A DNA stretch of 64,000 nt from Planctomycetota bacterium (GTDB lineage Bacteria > Planctomycetota > UBA8108 > SXIK01). Position 1 is the first letter of the stretch. The number at the start of each line of letters is the position of its first letter. The stretch covers positions 1,856,001-1,920,000 of the forward strand of contig OZ244999.1 of the NCBI GenBank assembly GCA_965223265.1, in the 5' to 3' direction. A program made the position numbers and the translations under genes. Shown here piece after piece: positions 26,556-37,281 of the stretch. The notes below the pieces were generated by a model. The model was not told the origin of the DNA. It was given only the letters and a program-made list of their open reading frames with translations, and made no database searches.

Positions 26556-28826
26556 ATGCGATTCATTCGGAACGTCGTTCTTAGTCTTGTGTGTTTCGGC
26601 GCCGCACCGGCGGTGTTGGCGGATTTTGTTCGTGGTGACGCCAACCGCGATGGGGTGGTCAACGTGTCTGATGCGGTCACGCAACTGCTTGCACTCTTTC
26701 GCCGCGACGTGTCGCTGACCTGCGCCGACGCCGCCGACGCCAACGACGACGGAGTGTTCGATCTCGCTGACGCCCAGACGACACTCCTTTTTCTCTTCTC
26801 CGGCCGGGGCGAGATCCCGTACCCGGGTGCGGTGCGACCAGGTCCTGATTTGTCTTGCGATCAGCTCGATTGCAGCGATGCGCGAGTCACCACTCCGGCC
26901 ATCGTGATCAGTGAGATCAACTACGCTCCGCGGGGAAGTGATCGCCGGCGAGAGTTCGTCGAGCTCTACAACCGCACGGAGATCGATATTGACGTGGGAG
27001 GCTACTCGTTTTCGCGTGGCATCGACTTGAAGTTTCCCGCTGACACCGTCGTGCCAGCGCAGTCGTTTCTTGTCGTTTTGGCGTTCCCGGATGCCTTTCG
27101 GTGGCCGAGTCTTGATGCGATGAAGATCGGTCCCTACGCGGGGACACTCGCCGATGGCGGCGAACGATTGACTTTGATGGACGGTGACTGCTTGGTTGAA
27201 ACGGTACGCTACGACGATCGACCGCCATGGCCGATTGGTGCCGACGGCTACGGCCCGTCGCTCGAGCGCATCGACTACACTGCGCCGGCAGATGATTTTC
27301 ACTCATGGCGCACGTCATTTCGGCAGACCGGTCCCGCACTCGGGGGTACGCCCGGGCTGCCCAACACGACTCTGGGAACGCCCACCCATCCGACGATCGT
27401 GTCTGCTTCTCTCGAGCCGGATCAGCCACGCTCGAGCGATTCTGTCTTCGTCACAGTTGAGCTCGATGCGGCGCCGGAGACTCTGCGCATGGCCAGCCTG
27501 CGGTGGGAGGTTGCAACGGACGAGTTGAGTGCAGTGCAAAGTACCGTCATGCAACCGCTCGTGGGTGCGTCGACGAACTCGGAAACGACAACGCTCACAG
27601 CCACTCTCCCGCCTGTCCCTTCGCAGAGGATGGTACGTTTTCACCTCGTCGTCGAAATGACCAGCGGCGAAACGATTACCCTGCCGCACCCGGCGGATCA
27701 AGGACCGTTCATCAGCTATTTTGTCTACGACGATGAGGTCTCTTCGGAGTTGCCCATCCTCTGGCTTTTTCCGCGGCTTGAGACCGGACTGATCGACGAG
27801 ATAAGACTTGGGGTGAGTGGTGCAGCCGCGAAGGAGCTCGACGATGGATTCCCTCAAGTCTTCGATGGTGCCAATGTGCGCCGAAGAATGTCGACTCTAA
27901 ACCAGAACAACGGCCACAACGTCACCTTTCTCAAAAACTCGGAGTTTCGAGGCGATCGCACGATCAACCTGATTCCTTCGCAAGGGGGACTGTCCGGACC
28001 CGTTGAAGCACATGCCGAGGAGCTTGCTCTCGCGACGTTTCACGATCTCGGCGCGCTCGCGCCATGGTCCGAGTGGTTTCGGGTGATCGATTACACAGCG
28101 GCGGATGCGAGCGAGCGTCACGTGCAGCGCATCGTGATTGAACAAGTCAACAGGCGATTCTTGGCGCTGAATGGCCTTGACGATGGAGGAGATCTCTTCA
28201 AGCTCGATCGTACCGCGTTTCAGAAGCGTACAAATCCGCACACCGGCGACACAGCGCTCAACGACTTTATCCGCGAATTGACGGTGGACGATGCCGAGCA
28301 GGTGCGCGCCGCGGTTTTAAGGGGGATCGACGTCGAAAACGTGTGCCTCTATTCGACGGCAGTTGTCCTCCTGGGGCATTGGGACACATACACGAACAAC
28401 ATGTTTGTGTACAACGACCTCACCGATGGCGCGCGCTGGAAGGTCATTCCGTGGGACCTCGATCACACATTTCGTTGCGTCGAGCTGCCGGTTACATATC
28501 CCATCGAATTTACAGGCCCGTGCGTTGGGAGAGACTCGCCCACACCCCTCGTGCGCGCCCATCACCTACAACCAGACTTCGATCGAGCCTTTAGGGATCT
28601 TCTTCGGCACCACATTTCGCCAGGTGGGGAGTTTTCGATGGCGGTGATGGAGACGAAGATCGCAAGCCGCCAAACACTCCTCCTCCGCGACCTTGAGCTT
28701 TTGGAGGGCTTCAGAGGTCGTGAGCTTTCCGAACGGCGTGAGGCGATCGTGAGTTCTTCGGATTTTTTGCGAAACTTCGTGACGGCGCGGATCGCTTTTC
28801 TGCTGGCCGAGCTTGACGGCGAGTGA
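26556..28826 (+). CDS. Secreted dockerin-like + lamin-tail + CotH-kinase-like protein
   Basis: FVRGDANRDG...DANDDG, IVISEINY...EFVELYN, HWDTYTNN and IPWDLDHTF motifs. Confidence 0.82.
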   Translation: MRFIRNVVLSLVCFGAAPAVLADFVRGDANRDGVVNVSDAVTQLLALFRRDVSLTCADAADANDDGVFDLADAQTTLLFLFSGRGEIPYPGAVRPGPDLSCDQLDCSDARVTTPAIVISEINYAPRGSDRRREFVELYNRTEIDIDVGGYSFSRGIDLKFPADTVVPAQSFLVVLAFPDAFRWPSLDAMKIGPYAGTLADGGERLTLMDGDCLVETVRYDDRPPWPIGADGYGPSLERIDYTAPADDFHSWRTSFRQTGPALGGTPGLPNTTLGTPTHPTIVSASLEPDQPRSSDSVFVTVELDAAPETLRMASLRWEVATDELSAVQSTVMQPLVGASTNSETTTLTATLPPVPSQRMVRFHLVVEMTSGETITLPHPADQGPFISYFVYDDEVSSELPILWLFPRLETGLIDEIRLGVSGAAAKELDDGFPQVFDGANVRRRMSTLNQNNGHNVTFLKNSEFRGDRTINLIPSQGGLSGPVEAHAEELALATFHDLGALAPWSEWFRVIDYTAADASERHVQRIVIEQVNRRFLALNGLDDGGDLFKLDRTAFQKRTNPHTGDTALNDFIRELTVDDAEQVRAAVLRGIDVENVCLYSTAVVLLGHWDTYTNNMFVYNDLTDGARWKVIPWDLDHTFRCVELPVTYPIEFTGPCVGRDSPTPLVRAHHLQPDFDRAFRDLLRHHISPGGEFSMAVMETKIASRQTLLLRDLELLEGFRGRELSERREAIVSSSDFLRNFVTARIAFLLAELDGE

Positions 28827-28855
28827 TTCGGCGGTAGCCGAGGCAGGAGTGAGAT

Positions 28856-30166
28856 CTATCCATCGATGGCGAATTCCGCCAAATAGATGGCTGTCATCAC
28901 GCGACCGTCTGCACCGCGCTCGTGGCTTGAGTAGTACGAGATCAACGCTTGGCCCGGACTAGTCCGAACGAAACCGGGATATGAGTTGTCGCCGCCGCTC
29001 GGGAGCTCCGCGAACTCGACCAAGCGATCGTTCTGCAGCCAATAGAATGAGGTCACCGGGTCGCCGGACACGATCTTTCGTCCGCCGACGACATAATGTT
29101 CACCCCACTTCACGAGCAGTGGGCCGCCGATGTAGCGGTCAAGATCGGTTCGCTCAAACACCGTGTACGGCGGCCGTGCACGCACGACTTGAGCGTTACG
29201 CCGGCCACCGCTGCGTGAAACCGCGAGGAGGGCGTCGTTGGATTCGAAGACGAATGCTGTCTCATCGCCGAACGCTGTCTGAAACAGCCCGACCTTGCGC
29301 CAGACGATGCCGTCGTCGCTTTCGAGGAGTGCAGACTCGACGAGCGGATCCCGCTCCGCTCGCGTCGACGTCGCAGCGAAGTGTCGTTTTCTTCGGCCAC
29401 ATAGGTAAGCTTTGCCACCATGCGCGGCCGCACGCCAAATGTAGTGGCCGTACGTTCCCTCGAGGAGGACTGGGCTCTCCCAGCGTTCACCATCCGAGGT
29501 TCGTGCCGCGTACCCGAGGTGCTGATTCATGTCGTATCGCGCGGGCGACTCCGAGCCGCAGTACCATGTTCCCGTGTAGACAAAAAGCTCGGCGCGAAAG
29601 ATCAGAAAATGCGGATCGCGTGTGTCACGCCGGGGCACTCGAAAACGATGTACCTGCCGCCAGTTTCTGGTGTCGCCGCTTGTCAAAACGATGATCGACG
29701 ACGTCGGGTGGACGCCATGGCCGTCGGGGCAGCTGCGGAACGTCAAGTAATAGCGATTTCGAAATCGGCAGAGGTCGGTGAATGCGTTGTGTTCACCATT
29801 GTGAAACGCTTGTCGGAGGTTCCGTACCTTGACGGCGGGCAGATTCGCGGCCTGCGTCGGGCTCCCGAGTGCGGGACATGAAAGGAGCAAGGCCACAACG
29901 CCTACATTGAGTGACGGCAAGAAACGTCGTCGGATCAGCAGGTCGCACGCCGTCTGTGACGCTTGAATCGCGTCGGCAATGCTCGCCTGTGGTCGTGAAG
30001 CACGCTCCGCCTGCAGATGGGTTCGCAAAACGCCGCTATTGGCGCCTTCTTGCCGGGTCTCGCTCGTCAGCTGTTGTCGGCGCTGGGGCGGAAGAACGTC
30101 CGACAGGCTTCTACTTGTCGATCGTCCGCGGGACTGTCGGCTCTCGGCTTGCATGGTGTCGCGCAT
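28856..30166 (-). CDS. Secreted BNR/sialidase-like beta-propeller protein; true start probably near 29900
   Basis: HNAFTDL, RDP, Asp-boxes (SDGERW, SDDGIVW) and GDNSYPG...ISYYSSH. Confidence 0.7.
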   Translation of the reverse strand: MRDTMQAESRQSRGRSTSRSLSDVLPPQRRQQLTSETRQEGANSGVLRTHLQAERASRPQASIADAIQASQTACDLLIRRRFLPSLNVGVVALLLSCPALGSPTQAANLPAVKVRNLRQAFHNGEHNAFTDLCRFRNRYYLTFRSCPDGHGVHPTSSIIVLTSGDTRNWRQVHRFRVPRRDTRDPHFLIFRAELFVYTGTWYCGSESPARYDMNQHLGYAARTSDGERWESPVLLEGTYGHYIWRAAAHGGKAYLCGRRKRHFAATSTRAERDPLVESALLESDDGIVWRKVGLFQTAFGDETAFVFESNDALLAVSRSGGRRNAQVVRARPPYTVFERTDLDRYIGGPLLVKWGEHYVVGGRKIVSGDPVTSFYWLQNDRLVEFAELPSGGDNSYPGFVRTSPGQALISYYSSHERGADGRVMTAIYLAEFAIDG

Positions 30167-30174
30167 CGTTCACC

Positions 30175-30268
30175 TCCGATCCGAGCCCTCTTCCATTCGG
30201 CAAGGCTCGCCGCGGCTGAGCTGGACGTGAGGTGCCCGGATTCTCAGCCGAACAACTTTTTCAACCGA
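30175..30268. repeat. Degenerate family A half copy
   Basis: CCGAGCCCTCTTC...CGCCGCGG..AGCTGGACGTGA...CCGAACAACTTTTTCAACC resembles the reverse complement of family A. Confidence 0.55.
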
Positions 30269-30374
30269 ACCGAAAAAGCGGTGTGTGTCGTTGATTCGCC
30301 AGACAGTATAGCATGTGTCTACAGTGCTGTGTGTCATGCCGCGTCAACCAATCGAGCGAATCGGAGAAATCGCT

Positions 30375-32945
30375 ATGTTCGCCTTGAGTCGAGTGCATCG
30401 TCACATCATCAGCATCTCGTTAGTCGCGGCCTGTATGGTGTGGAATGTCACGAGTGTAGCTGCGCAGGAGAAACTTGCTGATCCTCTCACGCCGCTTTTT
30501 GAACCGGCGATTCGTCCAGCGATCAACGTTCTTCTCGAAGACTCTTACACCCGTCGCACGTATCCAAGAACCAAGTTTCCGCTTCGTGCGTCGCAGTTCG
30601 CGCAGTTTAGACGCCAGGTCATTGGTCGTTTAGAAGAATCTCTAGATCTCGGAGATTGGACCGTGCGCCATCCGGACGGTAAGAAGAACGCGCTCGCTGG
30701 AAAATTTCGCGATCAGGTTCTAGCTGCGATCACGCACGACGGAATTCGCATGGAGGTTCACGCGGTCGAGCTCGTGGATACTGGTCTTGTCGTGCCGATG
30801 GTGATTTGCCTCCCTGACGGCGAAGGCGTGCACCCCGGAGTTTGTGTCTTCTCCGGGCATACACGCCACGGCCTTCGCGAACTCGTTCTCGACCTGAACA
30901 GCTATCAACGAGGGCTCGCTACACGCTTGGCGAAAGCGGGATTCGTCGCCATCGCTGTCGAAAAGATCGACAGCGGGTATCTTTCTCGAGACGGAGTCGC
31001 GGGGTCGGATGAGGAAGCTCTCGCTTCCCTGCTTCTCGGCACGGCGAGACCAACGCGAGCGCATCAGCTCATGGCTTGTGTCGCCGCGAGCGAGATTCTC
31101 GCTATGCATCCACGCGTGCGAGAAGATCGGATTGGTGCGGCGGGCGTCTCTTTGGGTGGCTGGCTCAGCATCCAGACCGCGCTCTTGACGCAGCGCATTC
31201 GCGCCGTTGCAGACTTCGGTGTGAAGACTCGGCTCCTACCTGATCCTTCGACAGAGGATTTCAAAGGTGTCGGTGATATCTGCCACGTGCTGCCTGGCTT
31301 GTTCGCTCTTGGTGACCGCGATCTCCTACCTCTAGCTTATGCACCGCGTCCGCTGCTAGCCGGGCATGGTCGCCTTGACGTCGGGTCGGAACGGGATGGA
31401 CCGCGATACTTTCGTGAGGTGTTGCGATCCCAGTATGAGGCTCTTGGGCGAGCCCATCTTTTCGAATACGCGGTACATGAACGCGGCGACGTGATGCCTG
31501 TAGAGCTCGTCGTCGATTATCTAAGGCGGCGTCTCGTGAACGATGTGGAGAGTGTCTCCGAGTCCGTCGGGCATCTTCAGGGAGAGATGTCCGGTGAGGT
31601 TTCTGCAACCAGTGTTATTTTGCAGTCGCGTTTGACGACTCAAGCAGTTTCAGCTACTGGCGACGCGCCCGGAGTTTCTGGTGCGGCGCGTTTCGAGTAT
31701 GCGACCAATCCCGACTTCAGCGCATCGTTCTTCACCGACTGGCTGCAGGCGACGGCCCAGGGTGATGGAGTCGTCAAAACCAAGGTGCACGGGCTCGAGC
31801 CGGGGAGCCGCTACTACTACCGTCTTCACTACGGCCTCGACAAGCAGCAGACAGAAGCCGGACCGACTCGATCATTTCGCACCCACTTTCCCGCGAAAAC
31901 TGTCGCAAGCCACAGCTTTGTCGTCGTCACGGGAATGAACTACCACTACTTTCACTTTGGTCTAGGGAAACGACGTCCGTACTCTGGGCCCGACCGAGAC
32001 ATCGGCTACCCAGCTCTGGCGAGCATTCTGCGCCTGAAGCCCGACTTTTTCGTCGGTACCGGCGACAATGTCTACTACGACGCCCCCCGAGTTCCGTCGG
32101 CCGTGGACGAAGCGTCGATGCGAAAGAAGTGGCACGAACAATTCATTCAACCGCTCTACGTCGAACTGTTCGGCGAGGTGCCTACGTACTGGGAGAAAGA
32201 CGATCACGATTACCGCTACGATGACTGCGACAACACATCGGACAAGGAACCATCCGTCGATCTCGGCTTGCGGATTTTTCGCGAACAGGTCCCTGTCACC
32301 GATCCCGAAGATCCGCACGCGGTGACCTATCGAACCTATCGCGCTGGAAGATTGCTGCAGATCTGGCTGCCGGAGAATCGTGACTACCGGAGCGCCAATT
32401 TGTCAGCCGACGGACCCGACAAGACAATCTGGGGTGCCGAGCAGCGTGCCTGGCTGAAACGGACCCTGCTTGAGTCCGACGCAGTTTTTAAGGTCATCGT
32501 TTCCCCCACGCCAATGATCGGTCCTGACGACCTAAGAAAGAAGGATAACCATTGCGACATCGGTGGCTTCCGGCACGAGGGCGACGAGTTCTTTCGCTGG
32601 GCTAAGGACAATGGATTCTTACAGAAGGGGCTCTTCTTTGCATGCGGAGATCGCCACTGGCAGTATCACTCCGTGCATCCATCCGGCTTCGAGGAGTTCT
32701 CATCGGGGGCGCTCGTCGATTCGAACTCGCGATTAGGAGTGCGACCGGGCGATGCGAACGGAACCGACCCGGAGGCGAGGATTGAGCAGCCCTACACTTC
32801 GAGGGAGCCCTCTGGAGGCTTTCTCCGCGTCGTCGTCGAACCGTCCTCCGATTCACAGGTGGCGACGGTCGCGTTTGAGTTTTACGATGAAAATGGCGTG
32901 CAGCTGCACCGCGTCGAGCGCCGGCGTGCGATCGCTGAAAGATGA
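30375..32945 (+). CDS. Alpha/beta-hydrolase + alkaline phosphatase D (PhoD) fusion
   Basis: RIGAAGVSLGG nucleophile elbow; PhoD motifs GDNVYYD, DDHD and GDRH; signal-like N-terminus. Confidence 0.82.
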   Translation: MFALSRVHRHIISISLVAACMVWNVTSVAAQEKLADPLTPLFEPAIRPAINVLLEDSYTRRTYPRTKFPLRASQFAQFRRQVIGRLEESLDLGDWTVRHPDGKKNALAGKFRDQVLAAITHDGIRMEVHAVELVDTGLVVPMVICLPDGEGVHPGVCVFSGHTRHGLRELVLDLNSYQRGLATRLAKAGFVAIAVEKIDSGYLSRDGVAGSDEEALASLLLGTARPTRAHQLMACVAASEILAMHPRVREDRIGAAGVSLGGWLSIQTALLTQRIRAVADFGVKTRLLPDPSTEDFKGVGDICHVLPGLFALGDRDLLPLAYAPRPLLAGHGRLDVGSERDGPRYFREVLRSQYEALGRAHLFEYAVHERGDVMPVELVVDYLRRRLVNDVESVSESVGHLQGEMSGEVSATSVILQSRLTTQAVSATGDAPGVSGAARFEYATNPDFSASFFTDWLQATAQGDGVVKTKVHGLEPGSRYYYRLHYGLDKQQTEAGPTRSFRTHFPAKTVASHSFVVVTGMNYHYFHFGLGKRRPYSGPDRDIGYPALASILRLKPDFFVGTGDNVYYDAPRVPSAVDEASMRKKWHEQFIQPLYVELFGEVPTYWEKDDHDYRYDDCDNTSDKEPSVDLGLRIFREQVPVTDPEDPHAVTYRTYRAGRLLQIWLPENRDYRSANLSADGPDKTIWGAEQRAWLKRTLLESDAVFKVIVSPTPMIGPDDLRKKDNHCDIGGFRHEGDEFFRWAKDNGFLQKGLFFACGDRHWQYHSVHPSGFEEFSSGALVDSNSRLGVRPGDANGTDPEARIEQPYTSREPSGGFLRVVVEPSSDSQVATVAFEFYDENGVQLHRVERRRAIAER

Positions 32946-32956
32946 GAACTTAGCTT

Positions 32957-33111
32957 AGCAGCCTGCCTGAGAAAGTGCTTCGAGTCGAAAACTGGTCGCT
33001 TCGCGTCCAGCTCGACCGCGTCGATTCTCACCTAAATCTCTTGTCGGAGAGGGCTCGGAGGTCTCCCGAGTTTGGCGTCGCCGATCTGAGCGCGAAGCGA
33101 GCCGTTTTCGG
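32957..33111. repeat. Family A repeat copy with degenerate right end
   Basis: AGCAGCCTGCCTGAGAAAGTGCTTCGAGTCGAAAACTGGTC...CAGCTCGACCGCGTC. Confidence 0.72.
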
Positions 33112-33237
33112 TCGCCGCGTCCTTTCCGGAATTCGTCGGACCGTCTCTAATCCGCAGGACGCTGCGCTACCGATAGCTGGTGTGGAGCGCCTTTCCCGCC
33201 ACGCCAACGGAGAACAGCGAAACAGCAGGATCGATAC

Positions 33238-33744
33238 ATGAAGCTTGCTTGGTCAGCGTTGTGTGCCCTGGTGGCACTCGGGATCGCCCAGATCGTTTAC
33301 TACTACCCTCGCTTGCCGGCGCACGTGGCATCAAATTTTGCGGGCAACGGAGAGGCTCAGGCGTGGATGTCGAAACAGGCGTTCGTCGCTTTAGATCTGG
33401 CTCTTCTCGCCGTTCTCGCAGGATCGTTCGCTGTCATTCCGCTGTTAGGGCGTCTAAGTCCGAAGTGGTGGAATCTCCCGAACAAGAACTATTGGCTCGC
33501 GCCGGAGCGGCGCGCGGCGACGATCGCATATGTGAGCCGGCAAGGAATCTGGATGGGCGTCTACACGATGCTCTTCGTCATTTTCGTTATGCAGATGGTA
33601 CTCGACGCGAACCTGCGTGCAGGCCCGCCGCGACTCAGCAGCGTGTTTCTGATCGCGCTCGTCGTCTATCTCGCCTACACCGCCGTTTGGACTTTTCGCC
33701 TCCTGCGGCGTTTTAAACGGCCCGTAGAAGTCCCCGTGCGCTGA
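33238..33744 (+). CDS. DUF1648-domain membrane protein
   Basis: YPRLPAHVASNF...G....W.SK and NLPNKNYW; about 4 TM segments. Confidence 0.82.
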   Translation: MKLAWSALCALVALGIAQIVYYYPRLPAHVASNFAGNGEAQAWMSKQAFVALDLALLAVLAGSFAVIPLLGRLSPKWWNLPNKNYWLAPERRAATIAYVSRQGIWMGVYTMLFVIFVMQMVLDANLRAGPPRLSSVFLIALVVYLAYTAVWTFRLLRRFKRPVEVPVR

Positions 33745-33987
33745 CCCCAACGCGTGCGAAAAGAAGCCGACAAGACACGTCTTCAGCGCCGGGTCAGGCG
33801 GACGATCCGTATCTCCGTATCACGTGCCATTGTCGTTGCGCGTGCCTTTGGTTTATAGTGGAAGTCTGTTTGTTTCTCGTCTGAATCCTCGCACGGCCTA
33901 ACCGCGCACAGATGCGCGTGGCACGGCGTCGACGTGAGGCATCCGAGGAGGTTCTCGGTGTCACGAAGCGCTGTCCGTTGACTGCTC

Positions 33988-36900
33988 ATGGCTGGACTGC
34001 ATATAGCCGCTCGTGAAGTCCGTTTGTGGAGCAAACGATCGCGGCGCCGAGTGGAGACCTCGTTTCAAACGGTCAAACTGGTGAAAGAAGCGGTGAAAGA
34101 CGGTCGCGCAAACCCTGACTCTTCAACACGCCTTGTGGTGGCGCGTCGACAGACGATCGGTGTGCGCTTGCTGGTATGGTTCGCTGCAGCGATCCTGTTG
34201 GGCTCAGCTGCGCGACGATCGAGCCTCGCGGCTGCCGACCCGAACGACGTCCTTTACGGTCGCGACGTGCGTCCGATCCTGTCGAATCACTGCTTCAAGT
34301 GCCACGGCCCGGATGCTTCGGCACGACAGGCAAACTTGCGCCTTGACCGTGATGACGCTACAAGTCGCGCGGTTCTGGAGTCACCAAGCGAACTCGTGCG
34401 ACGCATAACGAGCGACGACCCCGAGGTGCGCATGCCTCCGCCTTCTTCGAAGATCCAACTGCAGCGAGCTGAGATCGAGGTGCTGCAGCGCTGGATCGCG
34501 TCCGGCGCATCGTATTCTCGGCACTGGGCCTTTGTGTCATTGCCGGAGCTAGACGATCTTACGGTACCACCAGCGCACGGTTCCGAGTGGCCGATCAATG
34601 AGATTGACCGCTTCGTGCTTGCGCGTCTGCGCCGAGCCGGAATCGAACCCGCCGGTCGCGCGTCAAAGGAAGCGCTCATCCGTCGACTCTCCTTCGATCT
34701 GACCGGGCTGCCGCCATCGTTGGAAGCCGTTGACGAATTCCTTGCCGACCACCGTCCGGACGCGTACACGGCGCTGATCGATCGACTTCTTTCACGGCAA
34801 GCCTACGGCGAACGCATGGCGGCTGATTGGCTCGATGTCGCGCGATACTCTGACACCTACGGATATCAGGTTGACCGAGATCGTTTCGTGTGGCCGTGGA
34901 GGGATTGGGTGATCAAGGCGTTCAACGATAACCTCCCCTACGATCAATTCATCGCCTGGCAACTAGCGGGAGATTTACTCCCGAACGCGACCGACGAGCA
35001 GGTGTTGGCGACTACGTTCAATCGACTTCATCCGCAAAAGGTTGAAGGAGGTAGCGTCCCGGAAGAGTTTCGCGTTGAGTACGTTGCCGACCGCAACCAC
35101 ACTTTTGCGACGGCTTTTCTTGGCTTGACTTTGGAGTGTGCGCGGTGCCATGACCACAAATATGATCCGATCTCGCAGCGTGAGTACTACCAGCTCTTCG
35201 CTTTCTTTAATTCCATAGACGAGGCTGGGCTCTACTCTTACTTCACGAAGTCCATCCCGACGCCGACACTTCTCCTCGCTTCCGAAGAAACCAAGCGCGA
35301 AGTCACAGCGTTGAAAGCGCGCGAGCGCGACGCTGAGGAGGCAGTTCGCCGAGTCGCAGCGGGGCGGCGTGAGGCGTTCCAGCGCTGGTGTGGAACCGTG
35401 GCGGAGGTCTCTCCCTTGGGGCGCATAGCGCACCGTGACTTCGACGATGCTTCGGCGGTTGCGCCGCATCGGACGGTTTCCGGCAAAGTCGGGAGCGCTG
35501 TCGAATTGACCGGCGATGACCAGATCACTCTCGAAAAGATCGGCAACTTTCGACGTTTCGAGCCATTCACGGTTGCACTTTGGCTTCAGACACCTGATCT
35601 GAAGCAGCGAGCCGTGGTTTTTCATCGTTCGCGAGCTTGGACGGACGCTGGCAGTCGCGGCTACGAGTTGCTCCTCGAGAACGGCCGCCTCAGTGCTGCC
35701 TTGATTCACTTTTGGCCCGGAAATGCACTCCGGGTGCGTAGCCGCGAGCCGATTCCTCTCGGCGAATGGCTTCACGTCGCCGTAACGTACGATGGCTCGA
35801 GCCGCGCAGACGGGCTCAAGATTCTCATCAACGGCGAGGAGGCCGATGTCGACGTCGTTCAAGATCGCCTCGCCAAGAACATCACTGGTGGTGGTGGCGA
35901 CGATCTCGCGATTGGCGCACGCTCCCGAGATCGTGGTTTTTCGCGCGGTAGGGTCGACGAGTTTCAGGTGTTCTCGCGCGAGCTGACGCCGCTCGAGGTC
36001 AGACACCTTTACGATGGCAGCAGCCTCCATGAAGCTTTGGCCAGCGCTCGAAGTGATGCGACTGCAGACGGTAACGATGCGCTTTTTCGTTACTACCTCG
36101 CTACCGCGGACGACAAGTATGAGGACGCGCTCGCTCAGCTAAGACAGGCTCGGGAGGCGGTGGCGACTGTCGTCGATCCGATCCAGGAGATCATGGTCAT
36201 GCGGGAGAGTTCGACGCCGCGTCCTACGTTTGTCCTACGGCGCGGCGCCTACAATGCTCCCACCGAACGAGTGCGTCCGGGGACACCTTCGATCTTCCCG
36301 CCGTTTCCTGAATCCGCACCACGCAATCGCCTTGGACTGGCGCGTTGGCTCACCGATCCCGGTCAGCCTCTCACCGCACGTGTCACCGTCAATCGTGTGT
36401 GGCGACTTCTCTTCGGACATGGGCTTGTTCGTACTCCTGAGGATTTCGGCAGTCAGGGCGAGTCGCCGACGCATCCTGATCTTCTCGACTGGTTGGCTCG
36501 AGACTTTGTCAGTCATGGATGGGACCTGAAGCGGCTCGTGAAAATGATCGCTTCGTCGTCGACCTATCGGCAAAGCTCAAGCGCCGACGTGGAAGTGGTG
36601 GATCGTGATCCAGAAAATCGACTTCTGGCGCGTGCGCCGAGCTATCGGCTGTCGGCGGAGATGCTGAGGGACAACGTCCTCGCTGTCAGTGGCCTCCTTG
36701 TTCGCGACGTGGGTGGAGCTCCGGCAAAGCCGTATGACCTCGAAGTCTCGTTCAAGCCGATCAAGCCAGATCAAGGCGGTGGTCTCTATCGTCGTAGCCT
36801 CTACACGTTTTGGAAACGGACAGCTCCGGCGCCGGTGATGATGGCTTTTGATGCTGCGAAACGTGACGTCTGCACCGTCAAGCGTGAGACGACGTCATCG

Positions 36901-37245
36901 CCGCTGCAGACACTTGTCCTTCTCAATGGACCGCAGTTCGTCGAAGCGGCTCGAGTCCTGGGGGAGCTACTCCTTGTCAAACACGGTGGTGATGCCGAAC
37001 CGATGGTTGTCGAAGCGTTTCGCCTTCTGACGAGCCGTCGCCCTGAAGCGAATGAGCGACGTGTGCTGCTGCAACTCCTCGACGAACAGTTGGTTTACTT
37101 TGAATCCGACGCCGCCGGCACGGAGAAGTACCTTGCGGTCGGCGCCGTGCGTCCAGACTCGAGCCTCAGCGCGCCGCGTCTTGCGGCGATCAGTGTCGTC
37201 GTCGGCGCTTTGATGAGTTATGATGGGTGCGTGATGAAGCGCTAG
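33988..37245 (+). CDS. Planctomycete cytochrome C + DUF1549 + LamG + DUF1553 protein; start uncertain
   Basis: CFKCHGPD, HWAF, DLTGLPP, YGERMA..WLDVARY, CARCHDHK, LamG insert, PLTARV.VNR, PTHPDLLDWLA and RRSLY. Confidence 0.92.
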   Translation: MAGLHIAAREVRLWSKRSRRRVETSFQTVKLVKEAVKDGRANPDSSTRLVVARRQTIGVRLLVWFAAAILLGSAARRSSLAAADPNDVLYGRDVRPILSNHCFKCHGPDASARQANLRLDRDDATSRAVLESPSELVRRITSDDPEVRMPPPSSKIQLQRAEIEVLQRWIASGASYSRHWAFVSLPELDDLTVPPAHGSEWPINEIDRFVLARLRRAGIEPAGRASKEALIRRLSFDLTGLPPSLEAVDEFLADHRPDAYTALIDRLLSRQAYGERMAADWLDVARYSDTYGYQVDRDRFVWPWRDWVIKAFNDNLPYDQFIAWQLAGDLLPNATDEQVLATTFNRLHPQKVEGGSVPEEFRVEYVADRNHTFATAFLGLTLECARCHDHKYDPISQREYYQLFAFFNSIDEAGLYSYFTKSIPTPTLLLASEETKREVTALKARERDAEEAVRRVAAGRREAFQRWCGTVAEVSPLGRIAHRDFDDASAVAPHRTVSGKVGSAVELTGDDQITLEKIGNFRRFEPFTVALWLQTPDLKQRAVVFHRSRAWTDAGSRGYELLLENGRLSAALIHFWPGNALRVRSREPIPLGEWLHVAVTYDGSSRADGLKILINGEEADVDVVQDRLAKNITGGGGDDLAIGARSRDRGFSRGRVDEFQVFSRELTPLEVRHLYDGSSLHEALASARSDATADGNDALFRYYLATADDKYEDALAQLRQAREAVATVVDPIQEIMVMRESSTPRPTFVLRRGAYNAPTERVRPGTPSIFPPFPESAPRNRLGLARWLTDPGQPLTARVTVNRVWRLLFGHGLVRTPEDFGSQGESPTHPDLLDWLARDFVSHGWDLKRLVKMIASSSTYRQSSSADVEVVDRDPENRLLARAPSYRLSAEMLRDNVLAVSGLLVRDVGGAPAKPYDLEVSFKPIKPDQGGGLYRRSLYTFWKRTAPAPVMMAFDAAKRDVCTVKRETTSSPLQTLVLLNGPQFVEAARVLGELLLVKHGGDAEPMVVEAFRLLTSRRPEANERRVLLQLLDEQLVYFESDAAGTEKYLAVGAVRPDSSLSAPRLAAISVVVGALMSYDGCVMKR

Positions 37246-37281
37246 TCGTGCGCACCGAGCAGACAACGAGCGATACTTTCG

